Shown here piece by piece: positions 14,101 through 27,572 of a stretch of 64,000 bases of DNA. The notes under the pieces were generated by a model. The model did not search any database. It saw only the letters and a program-made list of their open reading frames with translations, and was not told the DNA's origin. Positions within the stretch are counted from its first letter, which is position 1; each line of letters starts with the position of its first letter. The DNA is from the human T2T-CHM13v2.0 reference genome, Homo sapiens. The stretch is from the NCBI RefSeq assembly GCF_009914755.1, contig NC_060927.1, one strand, 5' to 3'. A program made the position numbers and the translations under genes.

Positions 14101-14624
14101 CACAAACCTTGACTAGCCCACCCCCCGCTGATAGAGTTTCCTTTCTGGAGTGTCTTCATTATTCCTCCCCACATGTCTAAAATCTAAACACCCATTAAGA
14201 CAGAGATCCCTTTCTCAGTAAAGTCTCTGCTGACCACTCCAGCCCCTGGCCACTGCTGTCTCCTCTGGGCTGCAAGCATTGCTGACCGGAGCCATTGTCC
14301 CATGACATACAAGCCAGAAGACATGATGTACACTCCCCATTTGTCCTCAACCACATTGGAAGCATGTTGAGGTCCCATGAAGTCCCTCACAGGTCCTTGT
14401 ATAGAGGTAGTCTCACAAAGTATTTGATAGATGAAAATGAGTTTCCAGAACTCAGAGAATGATATTTAATAAAATAAATCTTTTCTTACCTGACAAAGAG
14501 ATCAGAGCAGTCAGCTACTGTTATAGATTTCACTCCCTTTATTGCTTTTCAACAGGAACTGCCACCACAGCAGTGCCAACTGCAATAAACAGGTGGTGGG
14601 GACTGAGTGCTCATGGCATGTAAC

Positions 14625-14810
14625 TCCTTTACGTAATATTTTATTTCATCTTCACCACAAATTCATGATTTTAGCCCCTTATTAACCTCATCTGATCATG
14701 AGAAAACTGAGGCTCAGAGAAAAGATGTGATTTGTGTAAGGTCACAAGATGAATAAGCAGCTCCAGGCCAGTTTGGCTGCAAGGTGCTTGCAATCACCGC
14801 ACTGCACTAC
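14625..14810 (-). mobile_element. MIR
   Basis: ATGAGAAAACTGAGGCTCAGAGA...AAGGTCACA. Confidence 0.7.
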
Positions 14811-15074
14811 CTGGTAAAACCACAGCCTGTCAGCTAATGTGCTGCTGTGACTGGATCTCTTGAAGTCATGATTCGTGTATCTCACTAAATGCTTTTCATG
14901 TAAGTAATCCACAATTGCTAACACTGATAGCACAACAATGTTTATTGATTAAAGTTATCTTTCAAAATACTTTGATTATGATAGAGATTTAAGCTAATTT
15001 TAAAGTAATTTCTATGAAAGGGCTGAATAAGTGCAATGACGACTCTAATATAAAAGACCATTGCAGTGATGTAA

Positions 15075-15400
<326 letters not shown>

Positions 15401-16950
15401 AATATCTATCACTTTCATATGTGATGCACAGAAAGTATATGAAATCCTACAACTCAAATAATAAAGATTAGAAGCCTTTATAAATACAATGAAATAGATG
15501 CCTGATAAAAGCAGGTTTAATGTTCTCCGTAATGATGGAGTCGGAGATTGTGGGAACTGAAGAATCCTGTTAGCCGAGGGATGAGGTGGAATTGTTATTG
15601 GCTGAACCACAGCCATCACTGAGGCAAGTTCTGCAAAAGGTGATGTACCCCTACTGGGGTGGACCACTCAGGCCCACTTGCCTGGTCATGAGTAGAGCCC
15701 CTGAGATCTAGCAGCTCTGAATCTGCAGTTTCAATTTAGAATCCACATCTCCAAATATAGCCCAGGATAGTTGTACACATCAACACTCAGCTTCAGAGAC
15801 TCTAACTATAACTGCTCAGCAAAACATGTTTTTTTATTCTGTTTTCACTATTACCTTTAAAAAATTTTTTAAAGCAAATACTCCATGGTTTCTGCCAGCA
15901 TACCAGTGTGTCACCCTGGAGTGAGCACAAGATGAAAGGTGGGAATTTGCTGTATGCATGTCTGGCGTCAACTTTACATCGAAGAGGGTATAAAGGAGAG
16001 GGGATGTGGGGAGGGAGGGGATCACCGCAATGAGGATGACTCTAGCATTTAGAGGTATATTTTGTAAAGACTGGCCTCTAGAGCCAAGCCAAATATTTCA
16101 TCTGGTGTTCAACCAAAGAAACAGTCAACTGTCCAACATTGAGGGTAATGATGACTATTTTTTATTTTTGCCATACACGCTTGTTTTGGAACCTAACTCC
16201 TATGTCAAATATGACTCACTTATAAAGAAAACATCCCCAGTATTCTTCAAAGAGGAGATGGCTCCAGTGACTTCCCACTGTTTTCTCACTGCCAGTGTGT
16301 TCAGCACCTCACCCCTTGACCATCCACCCTATATATTATCAGTTATTCATCTGGTGAGCAGAGTTCAGGTAAGGGAATGGATTACCTTGAGTTCCCCATA
16401 ATCAGAGATGACCAATGAGATAACCACTTGGTCTGTGACTTGAAGGAGTGGGGTGACAGGGGAGTGACCTTGGTGGCCACCATGGGAGCCATGCTCACAG
16501 GTCTGAGATTCAGTTCCTACAGCAGTGTCTACTATAGCAATTCTGTTGCCAGGCCACACAAAACATCCACAGATAACTCCCCATAGTGGCCCTAAAGACT
16601 TTCCCATATACTGTCCTCGCTGGCATCATCTTCAAATGTTTCTGCATGTTCACTTAAAATATCATTCCACAAAAAGTCTACAAAAACACAATCTTCACAT
16701 ATGTGGAGAAACCAAGAAGTACATTTATAAAAATGTTAAGTGGGGAGGTCTACATGTGTAAGGATTACAGCTGATTTTTGTTACCTTTTATGTTTTTCTT
16801 TTTTTCCCCTCTAATTGTGTTTTACATTTGAGGCATGTAATAATGATGACGATGAAATTGATTGGTTAGGAATGTTTGTTCAAAAACAATTAATATAGAC
16901 CTTGGGTATTAATGTCACTGCTTAACTTTAAAAGTACACTATATATGTAA

Positions 16951-16956
<6 letters not shown>

Positions 16957-16984
<28 letters not shown>

Positions 16985-16996
16985 CGTATATATATA

Positions 16997-17044
<48 letters not shown>

Positions 17045-17058
17045 CATACATACATACA
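16957..17058. repeat. Interrupted (TA)n microsatellite ending in (TACA)n
   Basis: About 100 bp of TA with a few CG/TG interruptions. Confidence 0.95.
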
Positions 17059-17400
17059 TGGAAGCCCACAGAATCCAAGGAAAGGTTGACCAACCTCAGA
17101 AAGGTCAACCACTAGGGCAGCTTAAGGATCCAGGCAACAGAAATCACTTAAGACGTCAGCCACTCTTAATCCTGAGTTTCTTGAATCTATGTCAAATGCC
17201 AGGGAGACAATTTATTGGTCTACCTAGGATCACCTGCCCGTGCCCTTCACTGCTGAGGGAAGGTCATCTTATTAATAATAACTGCATTAATGACTCCAGT
17301 CTCACCATGACTACATGTGATAAGGGAAGGGGAGCTCCCCAAAGGAAAATTCAGTGCTATTCGTAAAAGAAATGGCCATGGAGGCAAGAAAGTACAAACA
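17059..17400 (-). mobile_element. LTR33-like ERVL LTR
   Basis: GGGAGACAATTTATTGGTCTACCTAGGATCACCTGCCC...; CCCCAAAGGAAAATTCAGTGCT. Confidence 0.5.
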
Positions 17401-17429
17401 ACCGACATTGACCATAATAAAGATACCAA

Positions 17430-17665
17430 ATAATTATTGGGTACCTACTATGTGCTATACACCCAACTAAGTACACATTTGACACAGATTGTCCCATTTA
17501 GTAATAATAAGAAGACTCTATGATTATCCTTATCTTGCAGCTGAAGAAATTGAGGTCGAAGAAGATTACATAGTTTCTGTATGTATCATAGGTGAGTGGG
17601 AGGGTTGGGATTCACCTAATCCATATGACTTTAAATTCCACTCTCTCAGTCACTGTACTTACAAC
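17430..17665 (-). mobile_element. MIR
   Basis: TATTGGGTACCTACTATGTGC...GCAGCTGAAGAAATTGAGG. Confidence 0.6.
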
Positions 17666-19651
17666 CCACCAAAACCTCCACATCACTGCCTTGTTATTGA
17701 TATTACAGGTACATCCTCTAAGTTGGAATGGCAAAGATAACATCACGATCAAGTCAAACACCTTCACCCCATCATGCCTCATTAAATGGCCACCCAGCCA
17801 AGTCAGGGATTATTCAATATGGCAAGGGTTAAACACAGCCACATTCAGAGAAACAGACTGGAAAGATTCAAATAAAAAGACTTGGGAATAAGACCAAATT
17901 TCATCTCCATTCTGTTATCAGAAAGAGAAGTAGGGCCAAGATGTGTGATTGCTGGAGTCCACAGAAACCCTAAACAATTTTCTAAATGCTTCTCCTCCTG
18001 GTTCCAGTCTGGGTGTATTTCATGGAAAGACAATCCGTCTGTTTCTAATCCACTTACATTTAATTTATGAAAACATTTCGGGCCAGACTATTTGAATCCC
18101 CCAATGCATTATGGGTCTATTTTACAAGACTTTTTAAAGTCTATTTCCTTTGAACAAAGAAGTCCTATTTTGCCTGGAGTGGTTTGACCAAAACCTCAAA
18201 AAAAGTAAAATTGCTTCTAAATTTAGAACCAAAGATGCTTAAGTCCATTCTATATAAACACTCTACTCCCAGGCACCTTGAACACACTCAGGCTGCCAAA
18301 CCACAGCTGGAAGTTGTCTGGACCCCATTCTCAAATGTTGACCACCAAACAAAGAGAGATAGCATGATCTAAAATAGCTGAGTGGTGTGGAGAGGGTTAA
18401 AGCTAGAAGACAGGAGCACTCACCACTCACTAGCTCCATCCTCCACCTATTCACTGCCCCTCTCTGGGCCTTGGTATTCCCTTCTTTAAATACAGATATT
18501 GTTTACATTTAGTCCACAGGGGTGTCCAAAGACCAAGAGTGATAATATATGTAAAAGTTTGACCAAAGATAAAGGATAATTTCCATTATTATTATGACTA
18601 CTAGTTATCCAATAAAAAAAAATTAATTGGCATGGCCAGGGCCTTAACCAAAATTAAGAAGATGAATTTTTCCAGTTTACAACAAAGATTGGCCATGCCA
18701 AAAAGATTTGCTGAACTATCTCAGTTTACAGATGTCAGCAAAACTCAACTCTTGGGGTGTAGTTGATGTGCCTATCACTATGGAAATGGGTTGACACGAG
18801 AACATGCGTTTGTGTGTTCAAGAGTCTAAAATAGTCACAGCATAAATTGTGAACAAATTATCCAAATAAATCTGACTCCTGCCCCTCAAGCCCAGTAATA
18901 AATATCTGCATTAGGCATGGCTTACACAAAACCTTTCCTTGAATTTGATCATGATGTAATTTTTATTGCAGGCTCAAATAGGGAAGGTTAATGATACAGC
19001 AAATGTGAAGGGAAAGAAGCTAATTTGGGTGAAACATTAACTTGTTCAACTTTCAGACCACAGCAGAAAATATGACGGTTAATTTCACATCTTTGTATGG
19101 AATAAAACACAGAACCGTAATGGTTTCAAAATGAACTAGCAAATGAAGAATTAAGTCTTCCAAAAACTCAAAAACAATTTGCTCATTTTATTAAAAATGT
19201 ATAGCCACATATATTACTCACTGACTCAAGTGACATATTTTCCTGTCGGGAGAACCGAATTGTGAGAATCGCATTTGTTTCCCAATGTATTCTATGGGAC
19301 AATGCCAAAATGCAAGCTCCCAGGCAGGAAACTTCATATCCATAGTAGATTTTCCACATGTCACTGTGAGTTGAAAGCAGCTCCCAAAAGAGGCAACGTT
19401 TGCTCCCTGGGATCACTAAAGACAACAATAGTGCCAAAGGGGGGTTTTTTGAGGAAGAGTCTCCGACACCAACTTTTTTAAGACATGGAACTGAGACCAG
19501 CTGGTGAGGGGCAGGGCAGGCAGTGATATTTTATTCTAAAGAGTTTGAATACAGATAATCAAAGTAAAACCAGGAATCCCTTCCTCAGATAGCAGATATC
19601 TGAGCCTCAGATAGCTGAGCAAACATAGGCCCTTTCTACCAGTGCACTAAA

Positions 19652-19845
19652 CCAGCGTCAGCAAACTTTTTCTTAAAGGCTGGAGAGTAAGTATGTTACG
19701 CTTTATGGGTAAGAGGCAAATGGAGGATATTATATGGTTACTTCTCAATCAATAAGGATTCCGAATATAAAAGCTGTTCTTCCTGTGCACTTATAAAAAC
19801 AGGCATCAGGACGGACTTGGCCCACGGCCGTAGTTTACCATGCCC
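19652..19845. mobile_element. MER58-family hAT element
   Basis: Termini GTCAGCAAACTTTTTCTTAAAGG ... TTGGCCCACGGCCGTAGTTTACC. Confidence 0.75.
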
Positions 19846-21094
19846 AAAGTGAAAGTTAATAGGCAAATTCTGAAATCTCGACTTCTAAGGCCACTTGATG
19901 TGATAGGATAAGGTTTTGAAATACTTTCTATTTTTTTTCCTTTCCTCCTCATTATTCTCTTGGCCTTCTCTCCATCCAAGTAAGGCCACCCTGAGTTCAC
20001 TGCATCAGGACAAGATAAGTCAACAGCGAAAGGAACAAGAATCTCTTCCTGTCTTTTGAAGTCTAAAAAATGACATCTTTAGTTCTCTTCAGTGTGGGGA
20101 GATGAAAGAGGAAAGGATTCCTGTGTAACGATAGATGTGGGAGAAGAGGTGATGGATCACATTAGCAGTTACCAAGGCCTCAGCAGGTGGATGGCAAGGG
20201 TGGATGGCAGACCTGAATGTGGATATATGGATACGTGGGTAGCGATGCATCATTACAAAGCAGGCCCAGCACCCTTTTTCCTGCCCATCCCAGGCTGAGT
20301 GCCAGCATAGTGAGAAGAAACCTCAGACCCCTTGATTCAGAAACTGAGTATGGTTGATGGCTGACGTGCAGGGCCTAAGAAGAGATGAGTCCTAGGCCCC
20401 AGATTCTGTGTGGAGGCCCAGAAAAACAATAGGACCCCAGAGAAAAGTGACTTTTTAGTGAGCTGGGTAAACCAAGCCTAAGACAACTTCACAGAACACC
20501 CTCCATCCCAGGACACAAAAATAGTGACAAGATCCCACATCCTTAGAGAGTAGCAGGGACATGGCCAGTAGCTAAAGGAGAGAGAACTGCATGTAAAAGG
20601 AACTTGCAAATGGTAAGAGGAGATGACTTAGCAGCAAGCGCTGAGGACCCAGGACTTATGAACAGATGAGATGAGGGACAGATACCAGCATGCCAGCAGA
20701 AGGATGATAATTAAAGACCAGAGGATAGGTGGTAGCACTGGGACATGATCAAGAAAGGACCCCATGGCACTACCCATGCCTTCGCCCTCTGCTGCCTTCC
20801 AGAATTTGGCACAGCTCCCAGGGGAGAAGCTGATGATGTGTTGTTGCCACAAGGCAAAAATGGCTTGATTCAGAAACTCATCACGGTTGATAGTTGTTTA
20901 TAGCCAATGTCTTACATACCTGGGTTTGAGTAGTGAGATTCCTAACAAAAAAAAAAAAGTAGCTACAAAAAAAAAAAAAAAAAAAGGCAATTATCTGGGA
21001 TGAGATCTAGCCCTCCTACTAACTAGCTGTGTGTCTTTAATAAACTGACCCTATTGAGCCCTAGCTTCCTGATGTGTCAAAGAAGGAACTGTTC

Positions 21095-21290
21095 AGATAA
21101 TGGATGGAAAATAGGTTTCTTCTTTAGAAGCCACATTTGATAAATCAGCAGCTGTTAACTCAAGCATCGGATTGAAGACGGCTCTGAGTTTGCCTTTGGG
21201 TTCTTCAAGAAAGGATGCCACCATTGATTACTGCTTCCCAGGGGTACCAAGAGAAGGGGAAGGAATGGTGGCAGACACAACATGTTTTTC
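21095..21290. mobile_element. MER102-like hAT fragment
   Basis: TGGATGGAAAATAGGTTTC...GATTGAAGACGGCTCTGAG. Confidence 0.45.
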
Positions 21291-22069
21291 CTGCTTGTGG
21301 GTAGCTACATGATCTCTGAGGTCCCCTTTAATTCAGAAAGTCAGCAGTCTTTCAAATGCCTGGCACTCAGGAATCAGCAGACATTTTTCCTGAGAAAAAT
21401 CTTCACTGAAAGTCCAGCTTGCTGGGTGGAGCCAGTCTTGGCAAAGACTGGGCTCAGATTGGTAAAGATGGCCTAGGGGAGGAGACCAAGCAGACCTGCA
21501 CACTCACTTCTCCATGTCAAAATCTCACATGAAGTGGAATGAGCACTGAATATCGAGACTACCCCTTCAAAGCCGGGGGTCGCCTGGCTTCTCTGGGCCT
21601 AACTATGCTTATAGGACACAGTCCCAGGCAGTGTTGGGAGGACCAACAAGACAGCAAATGCAGAATGCACTCAGCACACAGCAGGCACTCAATAATTGCT
21701 CATTTCTCTCCTTCATGCATGGAGGACTGTATTCACCAACAAGATGGCAGTCTATGGGAAAATTCTTTCTCTGTATTTCCCTGTCATGAGGAATGTGACA
21801 ATTGCCTCGTCCTTGGAATAATTCTGTTTCAGGCTTTCAAAGTACAGAAAGTTTAAAGCAGTATCAAAAAAGAAAGTTGGCCTTGGGCCACCACATAAGA
21901 CTTCTAGAAAAGCAAATTGCCCGGCGCTGGGCTGCACCAAAGGAATCAGAATCCCTGGGAGTGGGGCCTGGGAAACTGCATGCCACCACAATTCTAATAC
22001 TCAATAATGCTCAAGGCTACTGGTTCAAAAGGCACTTATGAAAGATCCCTAAAGCCCCAGCCACAAGGC

Positions 22070-22340
22070 TCATCCCTTCACCTTCTCAAAGAAGGTGACC
22101 ACCCTGTTTAACACAGCAGCCTTGTTCCACCCAGCCCTCCCTGTCTCCTTCCCTTATTTTAATTTTTTCCCATAATACTTTCCACTCACACTGCCATCCA
22201 TGCATTTTACTCATTTATCTATTCTTGTCCTCCCCTTCCCTCCCCATCTCCACAAAGGAGAGTCTGGTTGTTTTGTTCATTGCTACCTCCGAGAGCCTAG
22301 ACTAGTGCCTGGCACACAATGGGCACTTGGTAAATATTCC
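22070..22340 (+). mobile_element. L2 3' end
   Basis: GTTTTGTTCATTGCT...CCTAGACTAGTGCCTGGCACACAATGGGCACTTGGTAAATATT. Confidence 0.75.
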
Positions 22341-23134
22341 TAGAGTGGTCTTTGCTGCATCCCATGCTCTCATTTTACCTCAGAGGACCCTAAAAGGGAA
22401 GGTCAAAGAGATGAAAAAGATACCAGTTTATGGAGGGTTATGTAATGATATGACTGAAAAAACACTAATCTAGAAATTGTAAATACTAAGTCCCCATGAC
22501 CTTTCAAGATAAGAAGGAAGCAGATGATTCCCTTGAAGTTCCCTTCAACCTTGGTCATTTTCCCAGCTAAATGGTTAATCTATAGCCTCAGTTTTCAGCT
22601 GCTCAGTTCAGCAGGGGTTGAGACATGGCCTAAGTCCAGGACTAGAGGGATGGCTTGAGCTTCCTGTCTGAGTCAGTCAGTCACAGTGGCCTGAGCATCT
22701 GCTCTGCCCCCAGCTCCCAGCTCCAGTTCAGGCTGCATTGGTCTGCTCGCTTCCTGGCTGATGCCCTTACCAGCCAAGACCAAGCTGGGCACCACCCTTG
22801 CTTGCCTCCAAAAAAAATGAGGGTGTGGTTCTAGGCATCTGGAGATGAGGGGGGAGGCTGCTGTTTAACAAAAGAGACACATCATTATTTTCTTGCACCA
22901 GGATCATGTTTCATTTAGCTGACTTGGCTCGACATTTAAACAGCATCCCCCAGGCAAATAATACAATTAAGCAAATGGAGAGGAGATTTAGTAACAATAA
23001 ATTCCACAGAACTAGTCATTCTTTTGCGTTCAGTTTTAAAAGGAGCTAAGCATTTAGAAGGATCAATCATGCAGAATCTCATGGGTTCAAACATTATATA
23101 GAAACTGCTAGGAAAATCTGATGGGAATTTGACA

Positions 23135-23173
23135 TCACACACACACACACTCACACACACACACACACACACT
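23135..23173. repeat. (CA)n microsatellite with one CT interruption
   Basis: Direct reading. Confidence 0.95.
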
Positions 23174-23519
23174 TACTCATGGGTTAGGCCTATAAATTTT
23201 ATTTTTTTTTTACAACCTAATAATGAAAAGACAATTACAAAAATAGGCTTAGGATGCATACGGAAGAATTTAGGCCAAAATGGAAAATAAACTACAGAAA
23301 TTAAATCTATTTAAGAGCCAGTCAGGGCGGAAGAAGAGCCGTTAGGAGCAGAGTTATGTGTTAGAGCAGGTAAAGTAATGCATTGGGAACCAAGAGATTT
23401 GAATCCAGCTCTACCATGCATATTCGGTGTAACCTTAGGCAAGACAAATAACTTTGTGAGCTTCTATTTCTCTACATGTAAAACAAGTTGTTTGAACCCC
23501 ACTGTCACCATTTTTTTTT

Positions 23520-23770
23520 TTTACCATCTCCAAGTACCATCTGTATTGCTATTTACTATTTTCCTTTAAGTCAACTTTTCTTTATTTGAACATGGGTACA
23601 TACTCTGTGTAAGGAAGTGAGTATTTATTACACTATTTGTTGTATTTGCTAGAACTTGTACATCTCATAATGAATATATTTACTTAGAAAGGAAACTACC
23701 TCATTAATATAAAAGGAAAGCTGGAATCACTGGTCTTAAAGTAGAAGGTAATGACAAAAATAAGTACAAT
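23520..23770. mobile_element. MER113-like hAT-Charlie element, left part
   Basis: AAAGGAAACTACC...AAAGCTGGAATCACTGG...TAGAAGGTAATGACAAAAATAAGTACAAT. Confidence 0.55.
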
Positions 23771-26508
23771 GGACTCCTGCTTTTATTCATGGCAACTAGT
23801 TTGCTTTAGACTAACCCCTTTGCCAAGAACAACTTTAAAAGCTAGATAAAATACATAAAATAGAAAAATAAAAAATGAGAAAACCTCTGATGGAAGACAT
23901 TCAGGGAATACTAACGCAACTAAGAGCCAAGAGAGAAGTAAAGCACACTGAGATAAATCTAGTGTTTCACAGCACTTTTTCTCTAGGCGTTTGCTGATTT
24001 GTAAAACCTCATAGAATCCAGAAGCTCAAAAGTCAAGAGTCTGATGATAACTAAAATTGAGGCTTTAGGTCCACCAAGGGGCGTGAGTTGGGGGAGGCCT
24101 GGTATAGACTTCAAACTTCCAGCTGAGATCATGAATGGGCTACACATTAGAAGTGAGGGTGAGGCAGAAGTAGCTCAACTCTTACAAAGATTAAAACCTT
24201 ATTTTAAGCAAGCTCAAACCAAGATGAAACAAAGTGACCTACCAGTATCAAAACACATAACAGTAGCCAAGTAAATTTAATTTTCTCTGGAAGAAGATAA
24301 CAGAATCCAGAGCTTCAAATGGGCTCTATAATTTGTCATACATTTGTTCAGCATTTATCAAAAATTACCAAGCATGCCAAGGGACATAACCAAATAACCA
24401 AAAACCAAGAAAAAAAAAACCCAGACCCATATGTGATCCAGATATTGGAATTACTAGAGGCAAACTTGAAAATATCCATGATTAATAAGTTTAAGAAAGT
24501 AGATGACATGATGGAGAATTTCATGAGAACTGGTATTTTTATAAAACAAGAAATTGAAATTCTAGAAATGAATATGCAATAACTGAAAAATTAGAACTCA
24601 ACAGTTGGGTTTATGGCAGATTAGACAATGCAGAAAAGAAGATCTGTAAACTGGAATATAGGTCAGCAGAAGATTGAGCATGAAGACGAAAATATTGTAG
24701 AAAATGCACAAAAGAGCATAAGAGAGAAGTGGGACTTGGTGAAAAGTCTTAACATGTATGCAGTTTGAGATCCTGAAAGAGAAAAAAGAATTGAGGAGAT
24801 GCAATACTTGAATAGGTATTCACTGAAATGCTTTTTCACAACTAAGCAAAGACATCAAGCTAAAGATTCAAAAATCTTTACAACCTCAAATAGGATAAAG
24901 AAAACCACAACGAGGCACATCATAGTCAAGCTACTTAAAAAACAAAGACAAATATATCACAAAAGCAGCCAAAGAAAAGAAACATATTATCTTCAAAAGA
25001 ATAAAAGTAATGATGGAAGCTGAGGTTTAAACAAAAATGATGGAAGCCAAGAAACAACAAAATGACATATTCAGCGTGCTGAAAGCAAATGATTGTCAAC
25101 TTAGAACTCTATACTCAGTGAAAACATTTTTCAAAAATGTATGTAAAATAAAAACATTTTTAAACAAAAACTGAGATAATTAATATCCAACAGACATGCT
25201 CTTTGAGAAATATTAAAGAGAATTCTTGGAGCAGAAGAAAAATTAGGCCCAATGGAAGCATGGAAATGCAGTCAAGAATAAAGATGGTAGAAAGTTCAAA
25301 TATTTGGGTAAAATTAAATAAATATTGGCTGCACAAAACAACAACTTCTTGTGCCATGTGAAATATATGTAAAAATAGGTGCAACAATCACACGAGAATT
25401 TGGAGTTAAAGTATCCTGAGGGCCTTATGTTGTTCACAAAGTAGTAAGAGGACCATCATCATACTCTAATAAGATAAGAATGCATGTTTAATTGCTAGCA
25501 TAACCACTAAAAGTAGAACAAAAAAGAATGTTTTCTAACAAGCTAGGAAAAGGAAAAAAGGGAATAAATTAATTCAAAGGAAGTCACAAAAGAAAGTTGA
25601 AATAGAAGAAAATTGTGAGATAGTAGACTTAACTACTAAATACTAATTCAAAGACAAGATGTCCAACTGAATTATTTTTTTAAAAAACTATATGCTGTTT
25701 GGAAATGACGCATCTTAGGCTGGGCATGGTGGTTCATGCCTGTAATCCCAGCACTTTGGGAGGCCGAAGCAGGCGAACCACTTGAGGTCAGGAGTTTGAG
25801 ACTAGCCTGGACAACATGATGAAACCCTGTCTCTACTGAAAAAAACAAAAATTAGCTGAGCATGGTGGTGTGCAGTTGTAGTCCCAGCTACTTGGGTGGC
25901 TGAGGCACGAGAATCGCTTGAACCCTGGAGGCAGAGGTTGCAGTGAGCTGATCACACCACTGTACTCCAGCCTGGGCAACAGAGCAAGACTCTGTCTCAA
26001 AAAAAAAAAAAAAAGTAAAAAACCATATACCATGGACACATTGATCAAAAGAAAGCAAGTATAGCTAAAGAATAATATGCCAAGCAGACTTTAAGGTAGG
26101 AAGCATAACTAGAGTTAGACAGGGACTTTTGATAACACTGAGAGAGTTAATTCTTTAGGAAGATTCAATAATTCTAAAAGTATATGCCTAATAAAACTCA
26201 AAAATATACAAAACAAACATTGATAGAAATATTAATAAAAGGTATAATACTCAAACCTACAATCATAGTGGGAGATTTTGTCATACTTTTTCAGTAAATG
26301 ATATAATACACAGAGAAAAACTCAATAAAGATATTGAAGATATGAACAACATAAATAACAAACACCATTTACACATACACACACACACAAACTTGGCCCA
26401 CACTTGACAACTATACATGTTTTTTCAACTACACATGGAACATTTACTAAAATTGACCCTTTGTTGGGCCATATCAAAGCAAATATCAAAGAATTGAAAT
26501 CATACGGA
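23771..26508 (+). mobile_element. Ancient L1M (L1ME-type) 5'UTR, ORF1 and ORF2 endonuclease region
   Basis: 5'UTR-like start GGACTCCTGCTT...CTAGATAAAATAC; ORF1p-like IQILELLEANLKISMINKFK and TTRHIIVKLL; endonuclease motif FSTTHGTFTKIDPLLGH. Confidence 0.8.
25718..26013 (+). mobile_element. AluS (Sz-like) inside the L1M
   Basis: Full dimer with A-tail; no clear TSD. Confidence 0.95.
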
Positions 26509-26615
26509 GTGTATTCATTTTTTCTTGCTGCTGTAACAAATTATCACAAACTTCATGGCACAAAAAAACACAAATGTATTATCCTACAACTTTGTAGCTT
26601 AGAAATCCGGCACGG
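26509..26615 (-). mobile_element. MLT1 LTR 3'-terminal fragment
   Basis: TGTATTCATTTTTCTTGCTGCTGTAACAAATTATCACAAACTT. Confidence 0.75.
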
Positions 26616-26619
26616 AAAA

Positions 26620-27572
26620 AATTAAATTACACAAACAATTCCATTTATAATGGTATAAAAATAATTAAACAAATGTATCCAAGAAGTACAAAACTTTTAC
26701 ACAAAACACTACCAAACATTTCTAAAAGAAGATCAAAATAAATGTGAAGACATCTAGGTTTATGGACTGAAGGATTCAATACTGTTAAGATTACCATACT
26801 CCCCAGGTTGATCTATAGATTAAATGTAATTCTTATAAAAATTCCAACTACCTTTCTTGCAGAAATGGACATGTTGATCCTAGAAGTTATATGGAAATGC
26901 AAGGGACCCTGAATAGTCAAAACAGTCTTCAAAAAGAACAAAACTGGAAAACTCACATGTCCCAATTTCAAAGCTTATTACAAAGCTACATGAATTAAAA
27001 CAGCATGGTACTTGCATAAGGATAGACATATAGACCAATGGGATAAAACTGAGAGTCCGGAAATAAACCCATATACCTATGATCAGTTGATTTTCAGCAA
27101 GTCTTTCAACTAATGGTGCGGGGACAACTGACTATCCATATGTGAAGGAATGAATTTGGATATGTACCTGACACCTTATATAAAAATTAACTCATAATGG
27201 ATCAAAGATCTAAATGCTAGAACTATGAAGCCCCTAGAAAGAAACACAGGCATAATTCTTAAATATGACACCAAAAACATAAACAAGAAAAGGAAAAACA
27301 GATTAAGTTGGACTTCAAAAATAAAACCTTTTGTGCATCAAAGGATGTTATCAGGAAAATGAAAAGACAACCCACAGAATTGGGGAAAACATTTGCAAAT
27401 TATATATCTGATAAGGACCTAGTATCCAGATAAAAGAACTCTTATAACAATAAAAAGAAAAACGAACCAAAAAATTGGCAAATAATTTGAATAGTCATTG
27501 CTCCAAAGAAGACGTGCAAATGGGTAATAATGTACATGAAAATATGTTCAACACTAGTAGTGATTAGGGTAA
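26620..27572 (+). mobile_element. L1MB-like ORF2 internal fragment
   Basis: CAATTCCATTTATAATGG...AAGGATAGACATATAGACCAATGG...AAAAGACAACCCACAGAATT. Confidence 0.8.

Noticed and set aside
16000-16020. G-quadruplex-capable G-runs (also about 8100-8125 and 30123-30145)
   Set aside because: Common motif with no supporting context; the 8100 one is the standard L1 3'UTR G-tract.
20782-20795. Second CTCF-like motif (minus strand GCAGCAGAGGGCGA)
   Set aside because: Mismatches at both ends of the core; matches of this quality are common by chance.
20946-20985. Two poly(A) runs separated by the palindrome GTAGCTAC
   Set aside because: No TSD or retroelement body, so it cannot be called a retro-insertion; simple A-tract slippage is enough.
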